This document shows, in pieces, positions 28,501-37,694 of a DNA stretch of 64,000 nucleotides; the first letter of the stretch is position 1; every line of letters begins with the position of its first letter. The position numbers and the translations under genes are program-made. Source of the stretch: a virus; IMG/VR virus record IMGVR_UViG_2509276021_000001, positions 422 through 64,421 of that record; one strand, written 5' to 3'. The notes beneath the pieces were generated by a model. It made no database searches. It was not told the DNA's origin and saw only the letters and a program-made list of their open reading frames with translations.

Positions 28501-30128
28501 GCCTTGATCGAGATGCCGGCTGCGGCGGCGCCGGCCTGCGCGGATGCTTCCATCTCGGAGCGGGATCCAGCAACGGCGCGGCCGAGGCCGCTGGCGGCGG
28601 TATCCACGGCTTTCACCGAGACGAGATAATCGTTCCAAGCCTTGGCCGCCGTGCCGAGAACGGCAACGGTTCCGGCGATCGCCAGGGTGGCCCCGCCGGC
28701 GGAAGTCACCAGACCTTTCAGCGCCGCACTGTCCGCGGCGAAGATCTGAGCGATCTGTGGGCCCTGCTGGAGGAAGATCTGGGTTGCCGGCATGCCGAGC
28801 GCGAGTGACTGCGCGACGTCGGTGCCCTGGTACAGAAGGTTCGTCAGCTGATAGCTCGGCAACCCGCCAACACCGCGCTTCTGCTGGCGCTGCATCTCCT
28901 GTGAATAGGCTTCGTAGCGCTGGCGGGCAACGACCTGAGCCTTGGCGAGTTCTCCCGTCGATATCGCCCCGCGGTCTGCCAACGTCTGATATTCAGCCAG
29001 CTCGCGGTTCAGGCGGTCCTGCGCAGCAGCCATCGGATCGATCTGGGCACGAACGGCGGCTACCTGCCGCTCAAGCTCCTCTGCCGCCCGGGCACTTTCC
29101 TCGAATACCGCTGCGGAAGAGCGCGCCGGTGTGCCGGAACCGTTGACGCCGAGACGCTGATTGAGGTCGGCCGTGAACGCGGCGCCCTGCTGCTGCCGGC
29201 GAAGCCTGTCCAGTTCGTCCTGCTGGTCGAACTGAGCCGAAAATACCGACGCGGAGTCGCGTGCCGATGTCCCTGTCATGCCGAAGAAGCGACGGTTCAG
29301 GTCGGCTGCGAAATTCTCTGCCTCCTGCTCCGCGCGCATGCGGGCAATTTCGAACTGACGCGTGAAGAAGGAGGCGGACTGGGCTGCGCTGTTGTCGTTC
29401 GCCGAGCCGACGCCGAGGCGCTGATTGAATGCAGACTGCGCGCGATCGGCGGCCTGCGCATCCCTCGCCTCCTGGGCAAGCCGTGCATATTCGTCGCGCT
29501 GCCGCTTGGCGGCGGCGGCAACCGCATCGTGCTTGACGACGAGTGCCTCGAGCGCACGTTCATAGCCGCCGGTGACCTGCACGCCGAGGCGCTCGGCTTC
29601 AGCCAGGTCATTGAGCTCGCTCGAAAGGCGCTGGGCGGCCACATAGGTCGGATCGAACTGCAGCCGCAGCTGCTCGATGCGCGCGGACATGGCCGTCGCG
29701 GTCTCAGCGAACGTGCTCTGGCTCAGCCGGGCGTTGACGTTCTCGATCGCCCTGCCGAGGCCGGTATAGCCACGCTCGATAAGCGTGCTGGCATCGGCAA
29801 CCAGGCCGAACCGCTTCTGCAAGCCGGAGTAGATCAGCTCGAGATGCTCGACCGAGGCCGCGTTCGTATCCTGCGAACGAGCAAGGCGGACAAGCTCGCT
29901 GTTGAACTTCGCGGCGTTGCCGTAGCCGTCGACATAGGTCCGGCTGAGGCGCTCGAGCAGCGGCACCGCCGACGAGACCTTGATGGTCAGACCCTCGACA
30001 GCTTGCCCGGCGGCCTTGCTCGACTCCGTGCCCGCGCGATCGGCGGCAACCTTCTGGTTCATGCCGGCGACATACCGCCCGGCATCGAAGTCAGACGTCA
30101 CGCGCAGAGTGCGCAACTCTACAGCCAT
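25542..30128 (-). CDS. Tape measure protein with lysozyme-like (lytic transglycosylase) domain
   Basis: 1528 aa helical; QGTDVAQSLALG...QQGPQI motif; SEGG...SYGPMQM...WGAWYG muralytic-type domain at about 26235-26553. Confidence 0.93.
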   Translation of the reverse strand: MAVELRTLRVTSDFDAGRYVAGMNQKVAADRAGTESSKAAGQAVEGLTIKVSSAVPLLERLSRTYVDGYGNAAKFNSELVRLARSQDTNAASVEHLELIYSGLQKRFGLVADASTLIERGYTGLGRAIENVNARLSQSTFAETATAMSARIEQLRLQFDPTYVAAQRLSSELNDLAEAERLGVQVTGGYERALEALVVKHDAVAAAAKRQRDEYARLAQEARDAQAADRAQSAFNQRLGVGSANDNSAAQSASFFTRQFEIARMRAEQEAENFAADLNRRFFGMTGTSARDSASVFSAQFDQQDELDRLRRQQQGAAFTADLNQRLGVNGSGTPARSSAAVFEESARAAEELERQVAAVRAQIDPMAAAQDRLNRELAEYQTLADRGAISTGELAKAQVVARQRYEAYSQEMQRQQKRGVGGLPSYQLTNLLYQGTDVAQSLALGMPATQIFLQQGPQIAQIFAADSAALKGLVTSAGGATLAIAGTVAVLGTAAKAWNDYLVSVKAVDTAASGLGRAVAGSRSEMEASAQAGAAAAGISIKAARELEVQFLRTGKIGSENFERLIGISKNFGVTIGQDTAKAGETLAQMFADPASAAEALSRQYGLIDAKTAEYATNLSGQNRLTEAQSVLLDALPNRLAKAAEATTALGRAWQSVGTFAGWAYDKLGQAVDRSISGPSLEEQIAEAQKTQDRVKNSPLSGLFQLLTPTGVIDLSQATKLQQLQEEKRRRDEQDARDREAARLSNAGVAAVGVADQSPAVGNLMQIQTLQNQIATLQAQRAGTSAEQEERINAALEAKKTLLEALLSRQTRLTQIEQLDIAASNERNPILRAELIQRRTRLELSLQEVNSTEANAAAQRAYNMAIEEFVAGNRSQIADMQSELAIRLKLDDQVAAGTITRGEAQSKLQEELALRPLVLAYDSAEGEQKAQLKKILDDLRQSYEGLADEQKRASATDFLRSQTDALERLRVQQAVVGETPAYQALVLGRFDADKKIRDLGIDAGGEQAASIREVARALVEQNLALERSKDAWDTYRNAGTSAIDTVVDGIVNGEKPIDVLNSVLKDVTKTVLELGVANPLKNGLFGTNLGTFSDLTKGGTGALGGVLGDRAVAAMNVTAGTVVVNGGTAGVLGGLLGGTAGTNLAAANQNLPAVVTGKVTSAVLPSIETLGRRGGLIDQAVQSAIKQTPSGSYEQMLRIAAANNNVNPDTAVKVANSEGGLTSWIQSNYRNSQGIREPSYGPMQMLVGGRGTGFGKGMGNAFMADTGFDPRDSSSAPQYFDYAMKNASKNGWGAWYGAGKAGVSNWEGIGKAPDMDSAAAAVTKLSSSASTATQGLNGLGGGLNNLAPAVNTTAQGLANLGGGLGQFSQQLMAAANGTNNPSGGFLGGLGRLFGGISPTSPLWTPNTSLGSFLVRGYASGTDSAPGGVAMVGENGRELVNLPRGAQVVPNKVTEGLLASRSAANLNVKFNIINNNGSNVKTQRRDTNDGPQFDVIIDEVVAAKLNTPGSSSRRAAKSQFGLSEGLARR

Positions 30129-30177
30129 TTGTCGATCCTTCGATGCGGGGATGATGATCAGGCGCTAAGGCGCGCCG

Positions 30178-30546
30178 TTACGGTTTGTCGTTTTCCTTCG
30201 TCCGCTCCGCCTCGATCTCGAGGAAAACTCGATCGAGTTCGTACATGGTTTGGAGAAACCGGCCGAAGTCGTTCCCGGTTATGCCGTGGTCACGGGCATA
30301 GGTGCTCAGGGCAACGTAGGAGATGGGCGTTTGCCCTCCGAACGCTCCATAAAAGCGATCGTATCGGAGGGCGTCGAAGGCTCGGAAGTAGAGGTCATGC
30401 CAGGGTCGCGACGTGAAGCCGCGATCCGCACTCGACTGAAGCCAGGCCTCTTCCGGATTTTCCTCCGCAATCTCGCGGAGCCATTCCGATATTTCAGCCG
30501 CCTCCTCGCGTCCTAGCCGGTGACGGAAGGCGGCGAGGAGTTTCCC
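30178..30546 (-). CDS. Tail assembly chaperone GT extension, reached by -1 frameshift
   Basis: The -1 frame opens as GKLLAAFRHRL at the slippery site and runs to the stop at 30178. Confidence 0.8.
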   Translation of the reverse strand, partial: GKLLAAFRHRLGREEAAEISEWLREIAEENPEEAWLQSSADRGFTSRPWHDLYFRAFDALRYDRFYGAFGGQTPISYVALSTYARDHGITGNDFGRFLQTMYELDRVFLEIEAERTKENDKP

Positions 30547-30941
30547 CCTTCGGCCGCGGTGTATTTCGCCTCGATCTGGCTGATCTTCGCCGCGCACCAT
30601 CCGACGGCCTGCACCACAACCCGATATTCGGGATTGCTGAGCGTCGCGAGCGCGTGTTCCGGCGAATATTCTTCGTCCAGCCCTTCCCATCCGTGCAGGA
30701 TGTGCTCGGCGTAAAGCTGGCCGAGTTCAGCATTGAGGACTTCCGTGGGGACCGGCGCATCGCCGTAAGTCTTTTGGAGACGCTGGAACATCAGGCCCCT
30801 GGCAGTCTCGTATTCCGGCAACGTCAAAGCGGAGACGTTGAATTTGACCCCTTCCCAGTCGGGAAACGGGATCCAGTCACCCTTTTTTTCCCGGTCCAGG
30901 TCAGCCTTGAGGCTTGTCAGAATGACTTTCTTCGCTGTCAT
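30513..30941 (-). CDS. Tail assembly chaperone G
   Basis: Between tube and tape measure genes; HILHGWEGL motif; slippery heptamer near the 3' end. Confidence 0.85.
   Translation of the reverse strand: MTAKKVILTSLKADLDREKKGDWIPFPDWEGVKFNVSALTLPEYETARGLMFQRLQKTYGDAPVPTEVLNAELGQLYAEHILHGWEGLDEEYSPEHALATLSNPEYRVVVQAVGWCAAKISQIEAKYTAAEGGNSSPPSVTG
30540..30548 (-). promoter_or_regulatory. Programmed -1 ribosomal frameshift site
   Basis: GGG GGA AAC gives G-GGA-AAC (X XXY YYZ) in the G reading frame. Confidence 0.85.
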
Positions 30942-31125
30942 TGGTGGTGCTTTCTTCCTCGGTTACCGGGGCATCGTCGGTGAGCCCCTTGGCGCGCATG
31001 AGCTTGATGAACTCCGCCGGCATCGGCGCGCTTTCCACGCCGGCGGTGAAATGGGTTTTGACGTCGTTGGGAAATCCCGTGAACGACACTGCAGGAATGA
31101 AGGTGCCTTTGTACTTGCCAGCCAT
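30901..31125 (-). CDS. 74-aa hypothetical protein
   Basis: TGATG coupling to the tube gene stop; acidic tail. Confidence 0.6.
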   Translation of the reverse strand: MAGKYKGTFIPAVSFTGFPNDVKTHFTAGVESAPMPAEFIKLMRAKGLTDDAPVTEEESTTNDSEESHSDKPQG

Positions 31126-32057
31126 CACGCCACCGCCCTTGTTATGACCAGAGATGCTGCCGCGGTCGCGTCGATGATGGCCGTGAAGGGGCACTCCATC
31201 ACCACGGCGCGTCCGTTTCCGGGACCGACGGGCGAGCCGTTGGTCAGTTTCAGTTTCGGAACCGAGAACGTGTACTTATTGCCGGTGCTGGCGCCGATCG
31301 TGAAGTTCAGCGTCAAGTCGCTGTGATTGATGACCGCGTCGAACAGATCCTTGCTCTCGAAGACCGCGGTCATCGTCCCGGAAACCTCGAAGAGGCCAAG
31401 ACCGAAGTCATAGGTCTCATACTGACCCAGAACATCCACGGCGTAGATGTTGTTGGTGATGCGCAGCGACAGCGCTTGCAGCTTCGGGCTTGCCGTTACG
31501 CCCGTCATCACGAGCGAACCGACGTTCAGTGCTGCGTTAAGGACCGGCGTGGTGGTCGGATCGGTATAGGTTGCCCCGGTGACAATCGCAGTGTCAGGAT
31601 TCGGGCTGCCGATGCCCATAACACCCCAGTTGGCCGTAACGTTCTGCTTAGCATTCAGCTGCAGATCCAGCGTGTTCATCCTGCAGCCGCGGTAGCGGGC
31701 ATAAACGTCGGTGGCCCCGAGCTCGAAGGTCTTTTCGAACGCCAGCGTCTTCACGACATTGCCGTTCTTCAGGACGTTGGTCGCCCAGTCGTTCGCGAGC
31801 AAGGCACTTAGCCAATCGTCGAACGTGCCGTATGACAACAGCGTATTGATCGGGCCAGTTACCTGGCGCCCGACGTCGGTCACGTCGCTGCGGTTCCTGT
31901 CCGGCCGAACTTCGTCAGACGACACGGTCTGCTTGTCGAGCGTGAGGCCTTCGGTCACGTAACGCGCTATTTTCCAGGTCGGTGTCGCCGGGATCGTGCC
32001 CGGCACCGTCTCCATCACGTACGCAAGGCGTGTCTGTGAGCCGTGAGCTACAGCCAT
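31125..32057 (-). CDS. Major tail tube protein
   Basis: Canonical position between terminator and chaperones; beta-rich 310 aa; GGAG RBS. Confidence 0.9.
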   Translation of the reverse strand: MAVAHGSQTRLAYVMETVPGTIPATPTWKIARYVTEGLTLDKQTVSSDEVRPDRNRSDVTDVGRQVTGPINTLLSYGTFDDWLSALLANDWATNVLKNGNVVKTLAFEKTFELGATDVYARYRGCRMNTLDLQLNAKQNVTANWGVMGIGSPNPDTAIVTGATYTDPTTTPVLNAALNVGSLVMTGVTASPKLQALSLRITNNIYAVDVLGQYETYDFGLGLFEVSGTMTAVFESKDLFDAVINHSDLTLNFTIGASTGNKYTFSVPKLKLTNGSPVGPGNGRAVVMECPFTAIIDATAAASLVITRAVA

Positions 32058-32152
32058 GATAAGGGCTCCATCTATGGGAAGGGCGCGTCGTCACGACGGG
32101 CCAGTGCGCGCTTGCCGAAGGCGCGTGTCGGCGTCCGGACGGACCGGAAGTG

Positions 32153-32569
32153 TTATGAACCTGTGGTATCGCGCCGATCGAAGCCGATCGTCAGCGTCAT
32201 CGCGAAGAAATTCGGGAAGTCCCTGCCCGGCTCGCCGCTGCCGATCGACATCCGCTGAAAGTTCATGGAGTCGACCGGCCGCTCTCTGAAGAGGTTCGAA
32301 AGGCGCTTGGCGATCGCCCTGGCCTCACGAGATCCGGTACCGTTAGGCACCATCACGTGGAAGTAAGCCGCGCCATCCTCAACCCACTCGTTTTGTCCCG
32401 GCGCTCCAAAGGTGTCCTGCTCAAGCTGATCGCCGACGACCTCGATGTAGATGAACGGTTCCTGCGTATCGGGATCCTGAAGCGTGTCGTTCTCATAGAT
32501 GACGATCGTCTCAGCCCATCCATTGAAGAGTACCTCGTTAATCGCGTCGAAAGCTTCAGGACTGGACAT
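32153..32569 (-). CDS. Tail terminator-like protein
   Basis: IYEN...FIYIEV and G..YFHVMVPNGTG motifs; position before the tube gene. Confidence 0.75.
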   Translation of the reverse strand: MSSPEAFDAINEVLFNGWAETIVIYENDTLQDPDTQEPFIYIEVVGDQLEQDTFGAPGQNEWVEDGAAYFHVMVPNGTGSREARAIAKRLSNLFRERPVDSMNFQRMSIGSGEPGRDFPNFFAMTLTIGFDRRDTTGS

Positions 32570-33219
32570 TAAAGCACCATGGACATGATTACGGCGGGAT
32601 AGCTGATCGGCATGCCCGCCTGCCGGTCTCTTCGGCGGCCTTGGCTATGCTTCAGCACGTAAGGAATTTCCGGATGGACACCGGCATTGATGTTCAGCCA
32701 TTTCGTCTCAAACAGATACCCGGCACCTGTCCGCCCTTCATTGCCAAAGCGGCGCGCGAGCGCTCGCTTTGTGCCGTCGAAAATGGCAAACCGCTTGGTG
32801 CCGAGCAGGCCTGCCTCCGCCTTGCGGATATAGGGCTGAAAGTTCGTGACAATGACTTCTGAAGCTGCCGCCACGTCGGTATCGTGCGGCACGACATCCC
32901 CATTGACGATGACGATAAACGAATTGCGAAAACGGCCGCTGCGCACCGGAGAGCGGCGCTGCAGCTCAGAGATGGCATAAGCGATAATCTCAGCCCATAG
33001 CGAGAACTGGTAGACAATCGGGCCGGGCGCGACCACTTCGTCTTCAGACAGTGCGAGGCGGCCATTAACATACAGCTGATAGCTCTTGCTGGCGCCGCCT
33101 GATATTGCCCGCTGCAGTTCCGATCGGGCGAAGTCAGCGAGCGCCTTGTTGACGGCCGCCGGCGCTATGCCTGCGGTCGCCAGCTGGATCTCGCGCTCGA
33201 AACTTTCGAAGGTCGCCAT
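32569..33219 (-). CDS. Neck / tail-completion protein (HK97 gp10-like)
   Basis: Start moved to ATG 33219 (TGATG coupling); SPVRSGRFRNS motif. Confidence 0.75.
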   Translation of the reverse strand: MATFESFEREIQLATAGIAPAAVNKALADFARSELQRAISGGASKSYQLYVNGRLALSEDEVVAPGPIVYQFSLWAEIIAYAISELQRRSPVRSGRFRNSFIVIVNGDVVPHDTDVAAASEVIVTNFQPYIRKAEAGLLGTKRFAIFDGTKRALARRFGNEGRTGAGYLFETKWLNINAGVHPEIPYVLKHSQGRRRDRQAGMPISYPAVIMSMVL

Positions 33220-33563
33220 CAGCCGCCTATCATCAGCTTCATGCGGACGAGAACGCCCTTCATTTTGTAGCGCTTCGGCAGTTCGACGTTCCGCTCTTTG
33301 CCGTCGATCACGATCTTGTCGCCCTTCACGATCGGCAGGAAGCCGCCGACATTCGTGGGGCTGATGATGACGTTCGAAAACGTGCTGTCGATATCGCCCG
33401 CAAGCTCCTCCGCTTCGAGCGGCCGGACAAATGCCGGGATCGATGCCTCGATTTTCGGCCGCGGCGAACCGGCCGGAGCCGTATATCGCCGGAGAATGAC
33501 CGTTTCCCCCGACTCGTCGATCGCTCGATCGAGTTGGGCGATCGCGTCGGCGGGCGTGATCAT
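33219..33563 (-). CDS. Head-closure / stopper protein
   Basis: GETVILRR, VKGDKIVIDG motifs; position. Confidence 0.7.
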   Translation of the reverse strand: MITPADAIAQLDRAIDESGETVILRRYTAPAGSPRPKIEASIPAFVRPLEAEELAGDIDSTFSNVIISPTNVGGFLPIVKGDKIVIDGKERNVELPKRYKMKGVLVRMKLMIGG

Positions 33564-34216
33564 GCGACCACCACATTCCGGTAAGCGCCGAGACGGGCGA
33601 GAAGATCGGGCGGGACCGGTGAAAGTTCGGTGCCGGGGATGGCGCCGATCCAGAAATCGAGCCGTCGCGTCTGCACGTCGGGGACTTCTATGCTTTCGGA
33701 CTTCACCAGCGGGTCCCGGGCGGCCGACGACAGCCTCAGACGAGCAAGGTCAGATGCCACGCCGACCAGATCCGCAGGCACTTTGTCGTCGGAAAAGCCT
33801 GCGACATAAGTGACCTCAATCGTCCCGACCTGCCAGCGCCACGGGCGGCCGCTGTTCGCTCTCGACAGAATGCCGGCAGCGCGGTTGATGAAGAAATCGC
33901 CGCTCGCGACGGAGGTGGACAGCTCGAGGACAGTCGCGGAAGAGATGAAGCCGCGCGCGAGCAGAAGCTCGCCGTCGCAGTCCTCATTCCAGATCGTTTC
34001 GGCAATGGTTTCTGCCTTCAGCGACGGAACATTCATCCCATCGGAGGCGACGTTGCATGCGACCGCGATCTCGGCGGAGATCTGCAGGCCGAGCTGCGCA
34101 AGATCGATGTCCTGGGAGGTGTCGCCGGGCGCAAGGCCAGCGACGGCACGCAGTTGCGGGAGAGTGAGCAAGGAAGGGCTCGTCGTCGGCACGGTAACGG
34201 TGAAGTTCTGGCGCAT
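33560..34216 (-). CDS. Head-tail connector (gp6/gp15-like adaptor)
   Basis: LLTLPQL, EVTYVAGF...VPADL, VKSES motifs; position. Confidence 0.75.
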   Translation of the reverse strand: MRQNFTVTVPTTSPSLLTLPQLRAVAGLAPGDTSQDIDLAQLGLQISAEIAVACNVASDGMNVPSLKAETIAETIWNEDCDGELLLARGFISSATVLELSTSVASGDFFINRAAGILSRANSGRPWRWQVGTIEVTYVAGFSDDKVPADLVGVASDLARLRLSSAARDPLVKSESIEVPDVQTRRLDFWIGAIPGTELSPVPPDLLARLGAYRNVVVA

Positions 34217-34234
34217 CGGAGCCCTTCCAGCAGG

Positions 34235-34259
34235 AAAATAAGCGGCGCCGGAGCGCCGC
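34235..34259 (-). terminator. Terminator after the head genes
   Basis: Minus strand GCGGCGC-TCCG-GCGCCGC-TTATTTT. Confidence 0.7.
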
Positions 34260-34266
34260 CGTGGCG

Positions 34267-34986
34267 TTACTCAGCCGTCTTCGGCTTCAGGGCCTCGACA
34301 TATTCCGGCTTGGTCTTCAGGCCGGTCAGGTCGACCTTCTTTTCTGCCGCATAGGTTTCGAGGTCGGCCTTGTTCATGGTGTTGAGCTCGGCCTCCGACT
34401 TCCAGTCCGACTTTGACGCGTCCGGAAGCTTCTCATCGAACTGGTTGGTGACCTCGTTCTTGCCGCCCTGGTTGGCGTCGTTCTGATTTGCTTCATTCTG
34501 CTGCTGGGCTGCAGCGTCAGCAGCTGCCTGCTGCTGCGCAACGGCCGCCGCGGCCGATGGAGGCGTTGCCTGGCCGGGCGCGGAAAGAGGCTGCTCGGTA
34601 ATGCCGGAGTTCGGGTCGACCATGGTGACCGGCGCATGACCTTCGAGTTCGGCCAGCATTTGAGACTTGGCCTCGCCGACGAGGACGGCATGGACCATGT
34701 TGCCGCTGAAGGGCGTGCCACGGCGGGCGATCACGGCCTTTAGCTCTTCGTCCGACATGGCGCTGAGCTTCTTGTCGAGCGCATCGATGATGCGGCGATT
34801 AAGCTCCTCATCCGCCGGAAGAGCGCTTTCTTCAGTCGCCTCGATGAATCCGGCAGCGGCAAGGCCTTCGAACGTCTTGTCCTGTACCGAGTAGCCGGCC
34901 GGCGGGAAGTCGGTGCCGGCACCAATCTGCGTGATGTTGATCCCGTCCAGCGCGAACGGGAAGTTCTTCTTGACGACGCCCTTCAT
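34267..34986 (-). CDS. Head-region protein with C-terminal HeH/LEM-like domain
   Basis: Gln/Ala linker then ELNTMNKADLETYAAEKKVDLTGLKTKPEYVEAL; strongly biased codons. Confidence 0.65.
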   Translation of the reverse strand: MKGVVKKNFPFALDGINITQIGAGTDFPPAGYSVQDKTFEGLAAAGFIEATEESALPADEELNRRIIDALDKKLSAMSDEELKAVIARRGTPFSGNMVHAVLVGEAKSQMLAELEGHAPVTMVDPNSGITEQPLSAPGQATPPSAAAAVAQQQAAADAAAQQQNEANQNDANQGGKNEVTNQFDEKLPDASKSDWKSEAELNTMNKADLETYAAEKKVDLTGLKTKPEYVEALKPKTAE

Positions 34987-35075
34987 GGCGGATGTCCTTC
35001 TGGGTTTGTGGTTGAGAAAACCGACGCGGCAGCGCGTCGGCCAATTTCATCCGCCCTTTGCGCCCCCTATGCTGG

Positions 35076-35501
35076 TTAGACCGGCGGGTTGGCCGTCGGG
35101 CGCATGTTGTTCTTGCCGAGAATCCACACCGCCGACAGGAAGACGTTGCCGGCGTTGTTCGACGGCGTGATTGTCGCGCGCACGTAGCGCTTGCCGCCGA
35201 GGTAGCCGAGCTTGCGGATCAGGTTGTCGGCATTGAAGTCGAAACCTGCCAGCGTCAGGGTGCCGTTCATCTGATCCGCTGGCACTGCCGCAGCATCGGA
35301 GAGGTTGGCAACATCACCGTGATCAAGGGTCACGGCAAAGGTGGCGTCGGCATCGGCGATCGCGCCGAGGATGATCGCCAAAGCGACTGATTCCGCGCCC
35401 ATGCGATCGAGGATCTGCGAGACGAACGGCGTGTTGTCGGCGACTGCAGCGGCGGGGGAAATCGCCCGCTTCAGGTCGATGTTGTTGATCAGGTCCCGCA
35501 T
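35076..35501 (-). CDS. Putative capsid decoration protein
   Basis: Directly after the capsid gene; AISP, GYLGGKRYVRATIT motifs; start ATG 35501 after GGAGG. Confidence 0.7.
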   Translation of the reverse strand: MRDLINNIDLKRAISPAAAVADNTPFVSQILDRMGAESVALAIILGAIADADATFAVTLDHGDVANLSDAAAVPADQMNGTLTLAGFDFNADNLIRKLGYLGGKRYVRATITPSNNAGNVFLSAVWILGKNNMRPTANPPV

Positions 35502-35586
35502 GGGAGCCTCCATGAAGACCGGCGCGCTGCGCGCTTACCGGATGGTGTAGGGAAAGGCGCGGCCGAAGCCGCGCCGAGCGAAGCGA

Positions 35587-36966
35587 TCAGGTGGAGACCA
35601 CCTGGAGGGCGAAGGCCTCGAAGTCGACGACGTCACCGCCCACACGCTGGCGCGTGTAGAATTCGACGAAGGGCTTCGAGGAATAGGGATCGCGCAGGGT
35701 GCGGATGCCGAGGCGGTCGACGACGGTATAACCGGCGCGGAAGTCGCCGAAGGCCACCGGCAGCGCGCCGGCACCGACCGACGGCATGTCGTCGGCACGG
35801 CGGATGCTGTAGCCCAGCAGCATGGACGGCCTTCCGGCTTCGAGGCCCGGCCGCCAGATGTACTGGCCCTGGGTGTCCTTGAAGAGCATCACCGAAGCGA
35901 CGGAACCGCGCTTCATCAGCCAGTTCGCATTCGCCAGATATTTATCCTTCAGCGCAAAGGTCAGCTGGATCAGGCCGTCCGGTGTCAGCAGCGTGGCGTT
36001 GCCCGAGGCGACCTGTGCGATCGTACCACGCACGCCCGTGCTGCCTGCCGGATAGGTCAGGATGCCGCGCGGCTTCTTGATGCCGTTGCCCGAGATGAAC
36101 GCCAAGGCGCGCATACGGGCAAACTTTTCCGAAACCTTCCGCTCGAGCCAGGCCTCGATGTCGATGCCGGCATCTTCGAGCAGCTGCTGCGTTGCCTTCG
36201 GCTTCGCATAGATCTCGAAGACCGGAATGCGTTGCGTGCCGACTTGCGGGGTCGACGTTTCGGGACGCGCTTCCGTTTCACCGACCCAGCCGGCGCCAGC
36301 TTCGTCCGTGTCGATCGGGATTTCGATCGCGTCGGTCGTGATGGTCTCGTGATAGGCAAGCTCATCGATGGGCGATGTCTCGTAGACCTTGGTGATGATC
36401 CGCGAGCTGGTCGCCGTCGGCACCAAATAGCCGCCGTCCGGATTGGAGCCGACCATCATTGCCTTCTGCTCTTCGGTGGAGAGCATATTCACTTCCCGGC
36501 GAAGGGACATTTTGAAGGCGTCTTGGTAGGCCTTGTACTCGTCGACGTTGGTGTCTTCGGGCTTCAGGCTGGTGTGGAACTTCAGCTCGCCGCGACGGGA
36601 CATCGCGGTGCGCTTGAATTCCGTCGCCTCGGTGATGAGCTTGCCCTCATCGGTGGCGCCGGCGGCACCGGGCCGGTTCAGCTTCTTCTCGATTTCGAGA
36701 ATCGCCTTGGCTTCGGTCTCGGCCCTAGCGAGGATCTCGGCGACCTTCTTCTCGATCGCCTCATGCTTGGCCTCGACGCCCTTGGTCAGGGCTTCGAGAT
36801 CCGACTTGAGCTGGGTGCCGTCGCCGGCCGATTTGCCAGCCTTTTCGGCAAGTTCGCGGACCTCCTTGAGGTCCTTTTCCATGCTCGTCTGCAGCGACTT
36901 ATAGTCGTCGCCGACTCGCTTCACTTCCTTCTGAACGTCTTCCAGGACGTCCTTCAACTCGGGCAT
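35587..36966 (-). CDS. Major capsid protein, HK97 fold
   Basis: Coiled-coil delta domain; DGGYLVP, GWVGE, FISGNG..KPRGIL, FGDFRAGY.VVDR motifs; GGAGG RBS. Confidence 0.96.
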   Translation of the reverse strand: MPELKDVLEDVQKEVKRVGDDYKSLQTSMEKDLKEVRELAEKAGKSAGDGTQLKSDLEALTKGVEAKHEAIEKKVAEILARAETEAKAILEIEKKLNRPGAAGATDEGKLITEATEFKRTAMSRRGELKFHTSLKPEDTNVDEYKAYQDAFKMSLRREVNMLSTEEQKAMMVGSNPDGGYLVPTATSSRIITKVYETSPIDELAYHETITTDAIEIPIDTDEAGAGWVGETEARPETSTPQVGTQRIPVFEIYAKPKATQQLLEDAGIDIEAWLERKVSEKFARMRALAFISGNGIKKPRGILTYPAGSTGVRGTIAQVASGNATLLTPDGLIQLTFALKDKYLANANWLMKRGSVASVMLFKDTQGQYIWRPGLEAGRPSMLLGYSIRRADDMPSVGAGALPVAFGDFRAGYTVVDRLGIRTLRDPYSSKPFVEFYTRQRVGGDVVDFEAFALQVVST

Positions 36967-36993
36967 ATTGCCCTCCAACGATGAGGATGTTGA

Positions 36994-37692
36994 TCAAGCC
37001 ACCCGGAGCGCTTTCACGGCTTCGAGCAGTTCCATCGCGGCTTCCTCATCACGAGAAGACGACGTGGTATGGCCTTCAACTTCACGCTGAAGGTGCTTTT
37101 TGACGATGGCGACGGCCTTCACGGCGTCAGCACCGGACAAAATGGATTTCAGATCGCGCTCAAGCTCGCGCGGATTGAACAGGTCGAGAGCCTTCACCTG
37201 GCTGACAAGCGCCTTGTCGTTCGATCCCCACAGCACGACGCTGACTTCGAGGAGATCGACATCTTCAAGCGTCCGGTAAGGCTCGGTTGGCTTGGTGCCG
37301 AGAGTGTACTTCTTGGCCCGATACCCGATCGACAGGCCGTCGAGCTCTCCGCTCTTCATGCCCTCGTAGATCAAGCCGCCGCGGTCAGTGTTGAGGCCGA
37401 ACAGCTCGCCCTCAACCTTCAGGCCCTTGCTGTTTTCCTCCATGGAGGTCCACTTGCCGATCGGCAACATGTCGTCGACGGGACCGTAGAAGCCGCCGTG
37501 CTGAAGCAGCATCTTCGGCAGCTTGCTCTTCCCTTCCCATTCGCGAAGGGTGCGAGTGAAGGCGCCTTTCTGAACGACATCACCGTGGGAGTCGATGTTG
37601 CCGAAGATCGAGCCATACCCGGAAAATGTGCCTTCCTTGGCGCCACCGCTGGCGAACTTGACGTCAATGAGTCCAGCTGCGAGGTGATCCAT
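36994..37692 (-). CDS. HK97-family prohead protease
   Basis: FSGYGSIFGNIDSHGD, LLQH, GLSIGY, LLEVSVV motifs; start moved to 37692. Confidence 0.93.
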   Translation of the reverse strand: MDHLAAGLIDVKFASGGAKEGTFSGYGSIFGNIDSHGDVVQKGAFTRTLREWEGKSKLPKMLLQHGGFYGPVDDMLPIGKWTSMEENSKGLKVEGELFGLNTDRGGLIYEGMKSGELDGLSIGYRAKKYTLGTKPTEPYRTLEDVDLLEVSVVLWGSNDKALVSQVKALDLFNPRELERDLKSILSGADAVKAVAIVKKHLQREVEGHTTSSSRDEEAAMELLEAVKALRVA

Positions 37693-37694
37693 TC

